From contig NC_088800.1 in assembly GCF_011386835.1 (NCBI RefSeq), positions 74,834,001-74,898,000 on the forward strand: DNA of 64,000 nucleotides. The letters are read 5' to 3'. Positions 48,359 through 59,900 of this stretch are shown here, in pieces (position 1 is the first letter of the stretch; each line of letters opens with the position of its first letter). The notes under the pieces are model-generated. The model saw only the letters and a list, made by a program, of their open reading frames with translations. It did no database searches and was not told where the DNA came from. The translations under genes were made by a program, and so were the position numbers. The stretch is from Chrysemys picta bellii (taxonomy: Eukaryota).

Positions 48359-51300
48359 TGGACACTTCTGAAAATTCTATCCCATATTGCTAAGAGATGT
48401 ATTGTCCTGAATTTATCTAAAAGATGTATGTGTTTATCAGCTTTCATGCCCCACCCCCAGCACTTCAAATGACTTACAATGAATGTTGTCTACCCAACAT
48501 GAAATAAATGTTTGAGACCCTGTGCTAAAAACAAGTCCTGAACTAGAGTAAATCGACTGATTTACAGAATATTGAATCTCACTAGGAGTAGTTTGCATCA
48601 TTGTGCTGTGGATTTTATTCAATCTGAAATAACCTTCTCATGCTCCCAAATATAAATCGGTCAGTTGTTGCTTTACTGAGCTAGACATATGGTAATTTTT
48701 TTAATAGGAAGGGACAACAAAATTAAAAATAAATATTTGTGCTCTATTCTCCTCCAGAGGAACACTAACATTGTTCACCAACCATTTCTATCATATACTA
48801 ATGCTACTAATTAAAGCAATCTCCCATTAAAATCTTTCAGTCGAGATTATTAGGATTATAGGGTTACAGTTATTCCAGTACAGAAACCAGTAGATTACAT
48901 GTACTGCAGTAGATGATAGTAACAGCCACTCTAGCTATTAGAACCAGTACCCTACTAGATTTCAGGAAGAATAAGCAAGGCACTGTATTTTGCACCCACT
49001 GGACTGTCAGAAATGCCACTATTGTCTGCATTGTATTTATTCTTGCTTCCTCTCCACAATAGCCCATCTCACTGTATATTTGCCTTCTTTGTCCAGCTTG
49101 ACATTTGGTCCCACACCCAGTGGTGTCTGGCTTGAAGGAAACCAAGTAGGAGTTGGTCACTTGTGTGTTTTAAACACCTCCACTTGATAACTGCGCAGCA
49201 AGGCATTTCTGAATGTCAGATGGTCACCCACTGTGGAAAGGAAACCACAACCATTCCACTTCTATGGGCTGTCCATATACAGTAAGGTGCATTTACACGG
49301 CGTACTATAAACACGAAACCTACAATTAAATAGGAAAAATTAAGTTGCCAAGCAGTAAATACTAAAAAGGCACCTACTTCAATAGTGTTCTGTTTCAGAC
49401 TGCTCAGGTTAGCCTGAAAGGACAGAAAGGGTGCGAAAGGCAGGTCACAGCTATTTCCAGAAACGGTGGAAGTGATTTCTAGCCCCTTGACGCCAGGACT
49501 TGGAATTTCCAGACACTAAGAAGCACTAATGTAAAATGGATCGGGTGCCAAGGAGTTCACAACTATCATTAATTCAACCACAAAAGGTGCATTTAAGGTC
49601 ATATTAAGGGCTTGACTTAAACCCACAATAGCAATTAAAATCAGTTAAGGCTGAAAATCTGTGTTGACACCCCAACCTTCAATCATGCTGATGGGCAATG
49701 AAAAAATGCACCATGGGAGAAACTGAGGTCAAAGTGATTTAACTGTGAAGGACCTGGTCTTTCTGTGTTTAAATCTTACACTTAAAGCTTCTTAAAATGT
49801 AGGGGTTCTTGTGATTAGATTAGCTTTGATTTATCTTTATATAAATCCTAACCCCCAAACCAAAATAGTACAGTAACTGTTACTTACAGATCATTGTATA
49901 GTCTCCCTAATTACACTCATTTCCCCAATAGCCATTATGCACAGTCAGTTAAACACACAGTTGAAACACCTTAAATTGCATACTGTGGCCCATACTGAGT
50001 AAATAAATAATTAGGGGGTTATTACAATGCAAATTCCTGGACTGAAGGAGCAATTCAGAAGAGGAAAGTACATTAGTTCATGACTTATTGACCATATCAG
50101 CTGTAACAGCTCCTTCAGCATTAATGTGAGTGCCACTGAGTCAATAGATACAGCAGAAATGCGGGGCGGGGGGGTTGATCAGTTCTGAATTACTCATAGT
50201 TTTTAGCTCTGGAGTTCCTGACCTGGTGGGTTGTAATGGCTCAGAAGGCATAAGTCTTCTGGATGCTCAAACTCCCACAAAATCCAATAACCTTTTACTA
50301 TATTTGGATGTTTATAACTCAAAACTGGTCCAAACTTTTTCAAATTCAGTCAATAAAATCAAAATAAATCCCTTTGATCAGATTCATATCAGGAGAATGC
50401 TGAGAGAAAATTGGGGCTAGATCTTCAGCTTATGGAAACTGACATAGCTCTATTTGCATCAGTGATTTCCACAGCCAAGGATCTGTCCCATGTGATACAA
50501 CTTGGTACCAAATTCAGCTTGGGGAAAGCCAACTTTCAGATCAAGTTTTCATTTTTGCACACCCATTTTTGTACCTATAACTGGTCAGTTTGGCAACCAA
50601 CTACTCATTCTGCATATGCAAAATAATAATAATTAATAGCACCTAGTTCTTATTAAAATATATGTGTGTGTCCATCTGTGCAGGAGCACAGGTAGTTGTA
50701 CATTTGCAGCTTGAAGCTGAGTGAAAATTTGGCTAAGTTAAATTGTTGCAATATTTTATTTCAGAGCTGCTTCTTTCCTGTTTAAACATACAGAGCCAAA
50801 TTACGCCCCAGGTGGGTTCTCTTCCATGCTCCACCATGGATTCAGCAAGGCATTTCAGCACATGTGCAATTCCACTGAAGAGAAGTCAAGTATGGAAAGC
50901 ATGTTCAAGTATCTTCCTGAACTGGAGCATAGATATCTGTACATACATCCTTTCCCCCAACCCCAAACACATACTACATACATGCTATTTGGATTGTACT
51001 GGGTTTTTTTCACTACTTATGTTCTCTGAGACCTATATTATTCTCTAAATACAGTGATTTTGTAGTTTCCTTGTTTCTACAGAGACGGGGCCAAATGCTG
51101 AAGGCTTATATACTATTACAGTGTAATGTAGTGTAGAGTGTGTGTATGAAAACTTTTACTACAGGATTTATGCTTTGTCACCAATTCATTTGGTCCTGTA
51201 CAAACTACAACTAAAATGTCACATATTAACATTCACTTTCCTTTGCAAATAGACAAATTGTCCATAAAAAAGCTTAAAATTAAACTGAAATTCTACATTC

Positions 51301-53034
51301 TCTTGAAACTTTTTATTGAGATTTTGGGGGAAATTCTGACATATTTTCTCCATAATCATCTTCAGATTCTTTTGCTAACCTTGACTATAGCTTTGTTGCA
51401 ATAACTTTTCTCTGATTCTGCGTTCTTTGCCATGATGGCAAGGATTGACTGTCCAATCAAAATTAGAGGAAAAGTTCCAGGGTAGAGTATTTTTCCTTGT
51501 TACAGCAATTACATGAAAGTAATAGTTACAAATTGCCGAAAACAAAATTCCTCCCGATTTAATTAATTAAATAATTGATTGCATTAGGGACTGGAACAGA
51601 ACAATTGGTTCCTTATCTTGAAATAAGAATTTCAGCACTGAATGCATGGGTCAGATCCTCAGCTTGTGTAAATTTGTATAACTAACGTGGTCCAATATAT
51701 ATTGCTGTAAAGAATGGTCTACTTCTTTCTGATTGTTTTATTGAAGGTGCAAGAAAATAAATAAAACTAAAGATATATTAAAAATCGTTGGTACTTAGGA
51801 AAAAAATATGAAATCCTCCCTGGCTGAAAACACAGTGCATTTCAAAGAGTTACTCCTTCAATCTGACTGTACAACTTTTGGTGGTTGAGCCAAAGGTTTA
51901 TGCTGAGAGTCTAGGAGGAAGGAAAGAAAACTGTAATGAATGCAACATTGCCCTTATGCACCTCCTGGATTGCAGAATCTATCAAAGCAAGACAATATTA
52001 GGAGGCTTATTGCAATGGTTTGTGCTTCCAATACTTTTATAAGCCCTACTTTTGCAATTGACTCTGCCCAGACAGAGACCCTTCAAAGTCAATGGGGGCC
52101 TCTTGTGGATGAAGAATACGCCCACACATTGAAGCCAGAGATTTGCAGCTCTGCAGGACACAATCAAAACCCCCTTGTCATCCTTTTATGATAGTTACAT
52201 GTACCTTGACTTGTGAGATGATTACAAGTTATTATACTCTCGTCTAACTATAGCAAGGTTGATAGGTCACAAGGGGAAACTAATTTACTTATGGAAGACA
52301 TCTAGCTATTGAAAAGAGAAGGTGATAATTCTTTACAAATAGTTATCAAGTGTTCATTTGGTCTGCAGTATAAGCAGCCTAGATATATTCCTACAAGTGA
52401 AACAAAACAGCTTACATGGTCTTCCCTTGTGAAAAACATTCTTACAGTATTCCCCAAACAGTTCTTCCTCCAGGTCTCCATTTCCTACTCCATGCCTTCA
52501 ATCTCATGTTATCATGGTTTTGTTCTTATCTAATCAAGACTGTATACTCCTCAGAGCAGTGACCTTTGGCCTGACTTGCCTCTCACTTACACCAGTATCC
52601 AATAGCAGTAACTCTTATGAAAGCAATAGATTTCTCTAGAGAGGGAACTAATATGATAGTCTAGTAGGGAATAGGGCTGACACGCTGGAAATCTGTGGTC
52701 ACTTCCCACTTCAGCCACACACATAGGCAGGCCATTCATCCAGCTTTAAACCAAACTGGATGGGGGATAAACCTCTTTTTCGGGAGGTTTATCCCCCATC
52801 CAGTACTGAAACAAGACCAAACTTGGTTTTGTCCAGTATCAGACAGGGGACACCATTTTGAAGAGTGCACTATTCCACCCCCACCGGCGTCATGCTCTCT
52901 TTAAAATAGCATCCTCTGTGCGGTGTGACCTCATATGCATCATGCACGTGAGGTTACATTGGCAGGGTAGGCCCATGCTATTCCCAGAAGTACTGGAACG
53001 TCCAGTATTCTGAATATGCGTGAGTGGCCATGCT

Positions 53035-53175
53035 ACACAGACATCCTCTGCAACCTTGGGCAAGTCACTTAATCTATCCTGTGCTTCAGTTCCCCATCTG
53101 TAAAATACTTCCCTACTTCATAGGAGTATTGTGAGGCTAAAGTCCATTCATGATTGTGTGGTGCTTAGGTACAAC
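53035..53175 (+). mobile_element. MIR-like CORE-SINE
   Basis: accttgggcaagtcacttaatc...gcttcagttccccatctgtaaaat...tacttcatagga...ttgtgagg is the MIR CORE block. Confidence 0.75.
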
Positions 53176-54689
53176 TAAGATAGATAAATGAACAAGGAAA
53201 CAGGCTATTAGCAATGGTTTCAAGGATGTCTTTGCTTCTAATATTGTTCCACCAGTAGTATTATTAATCATGTTTTTTACAATAGCGCCTAAGAGCCAAC
53301 TAAGTGTGGGGCCCCATTGTGGTAGTCACTGTACAAACACACTGTGAGTCAAAGTTAGCAAGAAATTGTGTACTGACACCTTGTTATCTTAAGCGAATGT
53401 TAAGAGAACCACAGAGTGACCAGCAACAAAATAGTTCATGGGATCACACGAAGTATATTTACATTTGTAAAACCTGGTATGTTTGCACCAGGAAACATTT
53501 TTAGCAAATAACTTTATTTATAACTTTTGCACAAGCATTCCAGTCACAGGTGGTCTGTAAGTTTCAACATACATTATTTAGAAAAGAAATTCTTTAACCA
53601 AAAGTTCCACCCCGCTCACACTGCACCAACTGGTACCAAGTGATAGTCTTTGTAGATGGGAACTCATTTTTGTTTTGACACTAAGATAATGCTGTGTGAT
53701 TTCACTGTGAAAACAATATATTTTCTTGCTCTTTCTATCTCCAGTAAAGTTTTACAAGCTGTAAATTGGATCAGAGATCAGCTATCTTCGTGTTGTTGCC
53801 TTTGAATGTTTCTTTTTGATACCTACCACACAGAAACCTCCCTGATGAATTATAATAAGGAACATTCTTAATGCTACTACTTAGATTAGATATCTAATCT
53901 AAACTATAAAATTCGGGAGACATACTGGCACTAGGAATGGTACATTTGTTAAAAAAACACAGGGATATTCCTAGAACAGAGGAAACCTAGGTTAAATCTA
54001 CATTAAAAACAACTTGTTCCGGATATTGTCTCCTTGGCATCTCATGCCTCATCCCTTCCTCCTGGTGCTGACAACCTGCCCCACCTCCACCCTCCCGGGA
54101 TTGCCATGGCAGGCTTTCAAGTTCCACAGGTGGCATAATAAGAGCAGAAGATCAGAGTCACTCTGTAGAAGGTTGAAATATGCTGCATTCCAATCATGGA
54201 ATGAAAATCTTTGAGAAGGGGGAACTCATGCCACCTACTCCCAACAAGTCCTCTTATTGGACCCAGGCTGATCATTGTCTTTAAGTAACCAAACACAAAA
54301 TAGCTCTTTCTAAATAGTATCATTTCCTTGATAAATGAGGACATGAGACAAACAAGGCCAATTAGCTAATTACATTTCTGATGGTTGCTACAAGATAGAC
54401 AGAAAATGTTCAGTACATGATATATGACATACTTTGCCACCACTTTAAAAATGGCATGTCAGACAGGTGTTTTGTAAACAGTGTGTTTAAAGACTAGGAA
54501 ATCTGTTGGCTTTTCATCTTTGAGCCTGATTCATCACTGAACCGCTCCAATTTTACTCGCTGATTTTAGCAGAGTTACACTGTTGTAGAGCTGGAGTAAT
54601 GTAGAAATGAATCAGGCCCTTACTGTCCAACTCAAGGTTTTCTATAGTGTGAACTAACTCTATTAGTCATTTCCTGTCTTTCTTTCCAG

Positions 54690-54704
54690 GTCACATAACA
54701 GGAA
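54690..54704 (+). other. Candidate 15-nt frame-preserving microexon (unverified)
   Basis: actaac branch-like motif, tcatttcctgtctttctttccag|GTCACATAACAGGAA|gtaagt; open in phases 1 (xHITG) and 2 (SHNR). Confidence 0.35.
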
Positions 54705-55079
54705 GTAAGTAACAATGTCACAATGTGCAATTAAGTTATCAGCCACTAGGTAACTCCATCCTGTATTTATATTGTATTTTATTTAATCTCTTATTCAAAT
54801 GAGTTGCCTGAACATACTTACCTGGAAATACCGGCAAAAAGAATTTTGTAATCTCAGAGCCAGATTCAAGGGAATGCTTAAAAGGATGTAAATTGGATCT
54901 CCTTAACTTAATTTAGAGCTTGTCTACACAGTGGCATAATGCACTCTATGGGGTGTGATTGGTCCTTATAGACCCTGCTGATGGGCACTAAAGGTTCCCT
55001 AGTGCACTTTAACACAGTACTGTTTCAAACAACACTACAGCTAGGGGTACACAGAGCAATTAAACCACAACACATTTGT

Positions 55080-55247
55080 GTGCTTTGGCAGTTGGCCGCT
55101 TCTTCCTGCAGCTCCCATTGGCCAGGAACGGAAAACCACGGCCACTGGGAGCTGCAGGCGGCCGTGCCCGTGGATGGTCAATGTAAACAAACTGTCTCAC
55201 GGCCCGCCAGCGGATTACCCTGACGGGCCGCAGGTTGCCCACCACTA
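55080..55247. mobile_element. Truncated hAT MITE half (…GGTTGCCCACCACT end) inside an older Harbinger-like element (about 54915-55320)
   Basis: CpG-rich block gcagctcccattggcc...cgggccgcaggttgcccaccacta with only one terminus. Confidence 0.6.
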
Positions 55248-55825
55248 ATCTACCCTGATTGTCAATGCTATGTTAAGAATTTTCTAACCCGGGCTTGAGC
55301 ACTGTAGCATGCAGACTCAAGTCAAATCAACTGTATCTCAGATTTCCTAGTGCCCTCCAAAAATGTGGCCCTTTGACTATGGTAGGGACCACTGTGGGAA
55401 AACTTGATTGTCCTCCCTGCACATTACAGGAAGTTTGAACAGCCCATCAACACATCCTGCTGAGCAATTATTTTTGTTTGTGCACTCCCAGCTACTGGAG
55501 CCAGCAATATGGAGGAGGCACCTTCTGAAGAACTTCTCTTGCTTGGGCTTTCACTCCTGTGTCAGAAAACAGGTAGAACTTCCACGAGATGCTGGTGGAC
55601 ATTTCAGCAGCATTTTCTGACCCAGTAAAGGCAAACTAGATGAGGCACGAGCCACTGATGCAAAAAGTCGTTTCAGTGCAAATTTATAAATTGTCCCAGG
55701 TTTACTCCAGTCAGGACCAAGGATCAACTGGAACATTTATCAGTCTTGGTGAGCTTTCATTGACCCTGGACTGAGTTTCATGGCATGTGGCCCATCTGCG
55801 ATTACTAGTAGAAAATATCTCCAAT

Positions 55826-56192
55826 GACTGGAGATGGGATGCTAGATGGGGAGGGCTCTGAGTTACTACAGAGAATTCTTTCCCAGGTGTCTGGCTGGTG
55901 GGTCTTGCTCAGGGTCCAATTGATCACCATAATTAGGACTGGGAAGGAATTTTCTCATGGGTCAGATTGGCAGAGACCCTTCTGCAGCATGGGGCCTGGG
56001 TCACTTGTAGATTTAAACTGTAGTAACTGGTAGATTATCTGTAACTTGGAGTCTTTAAATCATGATTTGGGGACTTAAGTAACTCAGCCAGAGGTTATGG
56101 GTCTATTACAGGAGAAGGTGGATGAGATTCTGTGGCTTGCAATGTGCAGGAGTTCAGACTAGATGATCCTTCTGGCCTTAAAGTCTATGAGT
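55826..56192 (+). mobile_element. CR1-family 3' fragment
   Basis: Ends caggagttcagactagatgatccttctggccttaaagtctatgag, the CR1 3' terminus. Confidence 0.75.
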
Positions 56193-56736
56193 AATGAAAT
56201 CCAACCTCTGGAACATTTTCACACGGGTTTGCTGTTCTTAACAAAAGTTTTTCACAGTATTACCAACATCAGATCTGACAGTCCATGTTTCCTGAAGAGA
56301 CAAGTTCAGATAGTGATTTTTCTGTGTGGGAAGCATATACATGGCTGGAATATACAGCAGTGTTTTGCTCTCCAGAAAACAGCCCCATCTCATGAAATTT
56401 TATTCCCATCCTGCTCATGCAAAATGAAAGGGATTTCATGGGTACTGGGGGAAGTAGAATTTTCCCCTCAGGCTGAGGCCAGACATGGGACATCCAATGG
56501 GCAGCAGTACCCCCCATGGCTACTTTCTCCTTTGTAAAACTAGAGGATATATTTTATGATACCTTGCGCATAGGTCAAGACATTGCAGAGGGGTACCATG
56601 ATTTAAGTGGAGCAAGAAATACATGTTTTCTACGTGACATATGGTGTTACTTTATATTTACATCATACCTTTTATGCTGCCAGTGGAACTGAGGGGATTA
56701 AAATGTCATTACTTACTCCTGTCATGAGAATAAATG

Positions 56737-56900
56737 TATGCAGTATTGTTGTAGCCATGTTGGTCCCATGATATTAAGACTATTAAGAATAAGAACATTA
56801 AGATATCCCAGATCTGAAGAAGAGCTCTATGTAAGCTTGAAAGCTTGTCTCTCTTACCAACAGAAGTTGGCCCAATAAAGGTATTATCTCACCCACTTTA
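56737..56900 (+). mobile_element. Penelope-like element terminal fragments
   Basis: gtagccatgttggtccc resembles the gtagccgtgttagtc terminus of the element at 27513 (minus strand); 56810-56900 matches 39880-39980. Confidence 0.65.
56810..56850 (+). ncRNA. Minimal type I hammerhead ribozyme motif (Penelope-associated)
   Basis: Helix I AGAU/GUCU, core CUGAAGA plus an extra A, helix II GAGCU/AGCUU with 7-nt loop, GAAA, palindromic helix III (AGCU), CUU cleavage triplet. Confidence 0.55.
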
Positions 56901-59900
56901 TGATAAATAAAATAAATTGTTCAGGGATTTTACGCCTCAGTTTCAAGGACAGCTTCATCAATTTCCTTTGTTTTCCAGAATTGTACTTTGCAAGCTTTTA
57001 TAATTCTCCAGTTCATATCTTTTTAAAATGCACGTAATGGTAAGAATGCTTTTGTTACTTTGTACAAGTTAATCTGTTGTCAGTGTTTCAATGCAATAGC
57101 AAAGTCTTGCTGGTACTTAACACTAGAACCTAGTTCTTTCTTTCATCTGAAGCCAGTTGGATTGAAATGTAGTTATCTGTTCAAACAAAATGCCCCCATG
57201 CCAGTGCATGAAAACGGAACAGGAAATTCTTAATCCAAGTTTCATTCACAAGATGGATAGAGCAGTTCACAGAAGGTCTGAGTCAAAGCCCACAGGAGTC
57301 AATGGAAAGAATCCCACTGATTTCAATGGATTTTGGATCAGGCCCAAGTAGCTTTCTGTCGCTTTATGTAAACTTTGGGCTTTTCCAAAATATTTTACAA
57401 AGTCAGATGGTTTCCTGGCTGTTTGAAATGTAACCTTTCGCATGTAAAGAGAATGTCTGTGCATAGTAGGAAAAGAAATATGAAAGCTAATACCTTTGTT
57501 TCTTAGAAGTAGAATAAAGAGTCCTAATTTCAAGTCTTATAATCATCTGCTATCAACAGGTAAAGAAATTCAGAGTTTCTGAATAATACAGAAAAGGTGC
57601 TGTCTCTGCCAAGAGCTATTCACTTTTGATGTCTGTCTTGGATTGAAATAGACTCTTTTTTTTTTTACATGTTTCATAAGCAATCATGTCCTTCTTTCGA
57701 AGCGGCTTCTCTGGAGCCACCTGATGTAATGGGTTTATGTCATCTCTGAAAGCTGCCTTCAAGAAGAAAAGGAAGATACAAATATGGGTCATATAGGTCC
57801 CATTACTCCTCATTAATAACAGTGCTTCACTATTACTTTAATCTGGGACGGGGGGCACGCTCTGGTGAATTGTTTTAGCCTTTACGGGGAACCTAGGGAC
57901 CTACTACCCACTTCTCTTTCTCACATACACACATGCATGCACAAAATGTAGCAATCAGACCTCTTTTACAGGCCAAGCCAGTCCATTCCTTGTCTTTGGT
58001 GGCAGGCTTCCAGTCGCTAGCTCCCAGAAGATGGAACATGCCTGGATTAGGGAAGAAGGCTACTGCACTGCCCTCGTCACTGATCCATGGCCAAGTCAGC
58101 AGGTGAAAATCAGAGTGGCTCTCTTTTATGAAGGCTTTTCTTTTTTAAATGAGCAAAACCTATTTTTTTAAAATGCCGGCGGCATAGCTCAGTGCACCTT
58201 GGGAAAACGGGTCACTGGCACCTGCTTGGTAGGTACAAAAAAAAAATGAAAAGGGCCAGAGACATAGCATGTAAAATAAGGAATGGGCAAATCTTTCCAC
58301 AAAATCTTGGCTGTAATCCTGCTATGTATATGTATAGCCAAGAGGTTTTCTTTCAGTTTATTCACTCATTCATCTTTTTATAAGAGCGGGGAAGCTGCAA
58401 ATTTCCAATCAGCTCCAGATTTCAAATACTGCGAAGTTGGGGGTTACCTGGATCTTGAGTTTTGGTTTAGGTGCACCACTAATTCTTATTTTGGGGGTAA
58501 TACTAACCAATAGGACTGCACCGCATTAATAATCAGTGAGCCTTTCGGATGCTCTGGCATGTCCTCAAAGGAAGGGGCCATTTCTATGGAAGCCTATTCA
58601 GCACATGCATGCATATACCAGTAGTATATCTCACTTAAGAGATTAATATTAAAATACTCAGCTACCCAATGAGCTTATTAGGATCATGTAATGACTGGAG
58701 TCTAGATGTTAGAGTTCACTTGAAGTTCAGTGACTATTATGAGACTGGTAGCATATAGGATAGCTTAATCTTACCGTGGGAAAATGAAGATCATGTAGGG
58801 GAAAATTAGGCAATATACTGAGGATAAACTTCCATTCCTGTGAGAGATACCGCGGGACATGCCAAAAAGGGCAGAAAAGGGAGCACTTACTTCAGCTACG
58901 ATGGGAAGGACCAGGCTTTTACCAATACACACAGTAGCAGTTTGCAATCAGAATCTGGTTTGTGGACATTTAGAAAAAAGAGCCGCTTTATGTTTCTTTT
59001 CCAAGAACATGATACAACGGCGAAACCAGAGATTCAAAAGGCAGCTCTGTTTTGCAGGCTAAAGATTCCTGCTTGGTTTACTGACAGGACCTTTTTATAT
59101 ATGAGAAGAGACCTCCCACACCTTAAATTACTGCCCTGCATAGATTTACATTCTGCTTTATCCTCTGCATTCCAGTTTCTGCCCCCCAGACTTGTGATTA
59201 CGTCCATGCTACTTTCAATTGTCCAGAGTTTCTGTGGAACTCTCGCCTCTAAAAAAATCAACAGGAAAAATAGGATCTCAATATTACAAAATTAGCTTTT
59301 GGGGTTTGTTTGGTTTTTCCTTAATGTCATCCCTTAAAGTGAAATAAAACTGGCAAGAGGCAATATCCCAAGAAAACTTGGAGCTAACTAAGACAACTCA
59401 AAGTTCTCTGGGTTTCGTTCAACTAGAGAAGAAAAGTATACCTCTAGGCAAGCAGCAACTTGTTGAGCTTTAAGAAATGTTACCTGATAAAAGGCAGGTA
59501 AAACCTGGCATAAGCTGTTAATCCATCATTCAGGTTTTTACATGCCAAACTCCTATAAATGTTTTTCTACCACATCCTGTCCCCTCCCTCCCCTTCAAAA
59601 GAAAGAGAGAATAATTTTGGAAGGGTATGGATTAGTTGCCTGTCAATTTTCTCTTATCCTTAAACTACTTGATACTGGCTCCTAACTCTCCACTGGCATG
59701 TTCTGACACTCATTGTAGTCAATGGCAAAACTCACGTTCATTTGAATGGTGCAGGATGGGAGCCCTTCTGAGCTTTCCTCAAATGAAGAAAAGTTTAATC
59801 TCTTTCTTGCCCATAGTATGCTCTGGGCTCCTACCTGGCATGTCACTTTGATAAACTAAAGGTATAGCTTCCCAGTAGAAGACTCACACGCATTCACCAT

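Noticed and set aside
58840-59295. 151-aa ORF, the longest outside a recognised repeat
   Set aside because: No recognisable domain, no supporting splice or promoter context, and the composition expected of a chance ORF.
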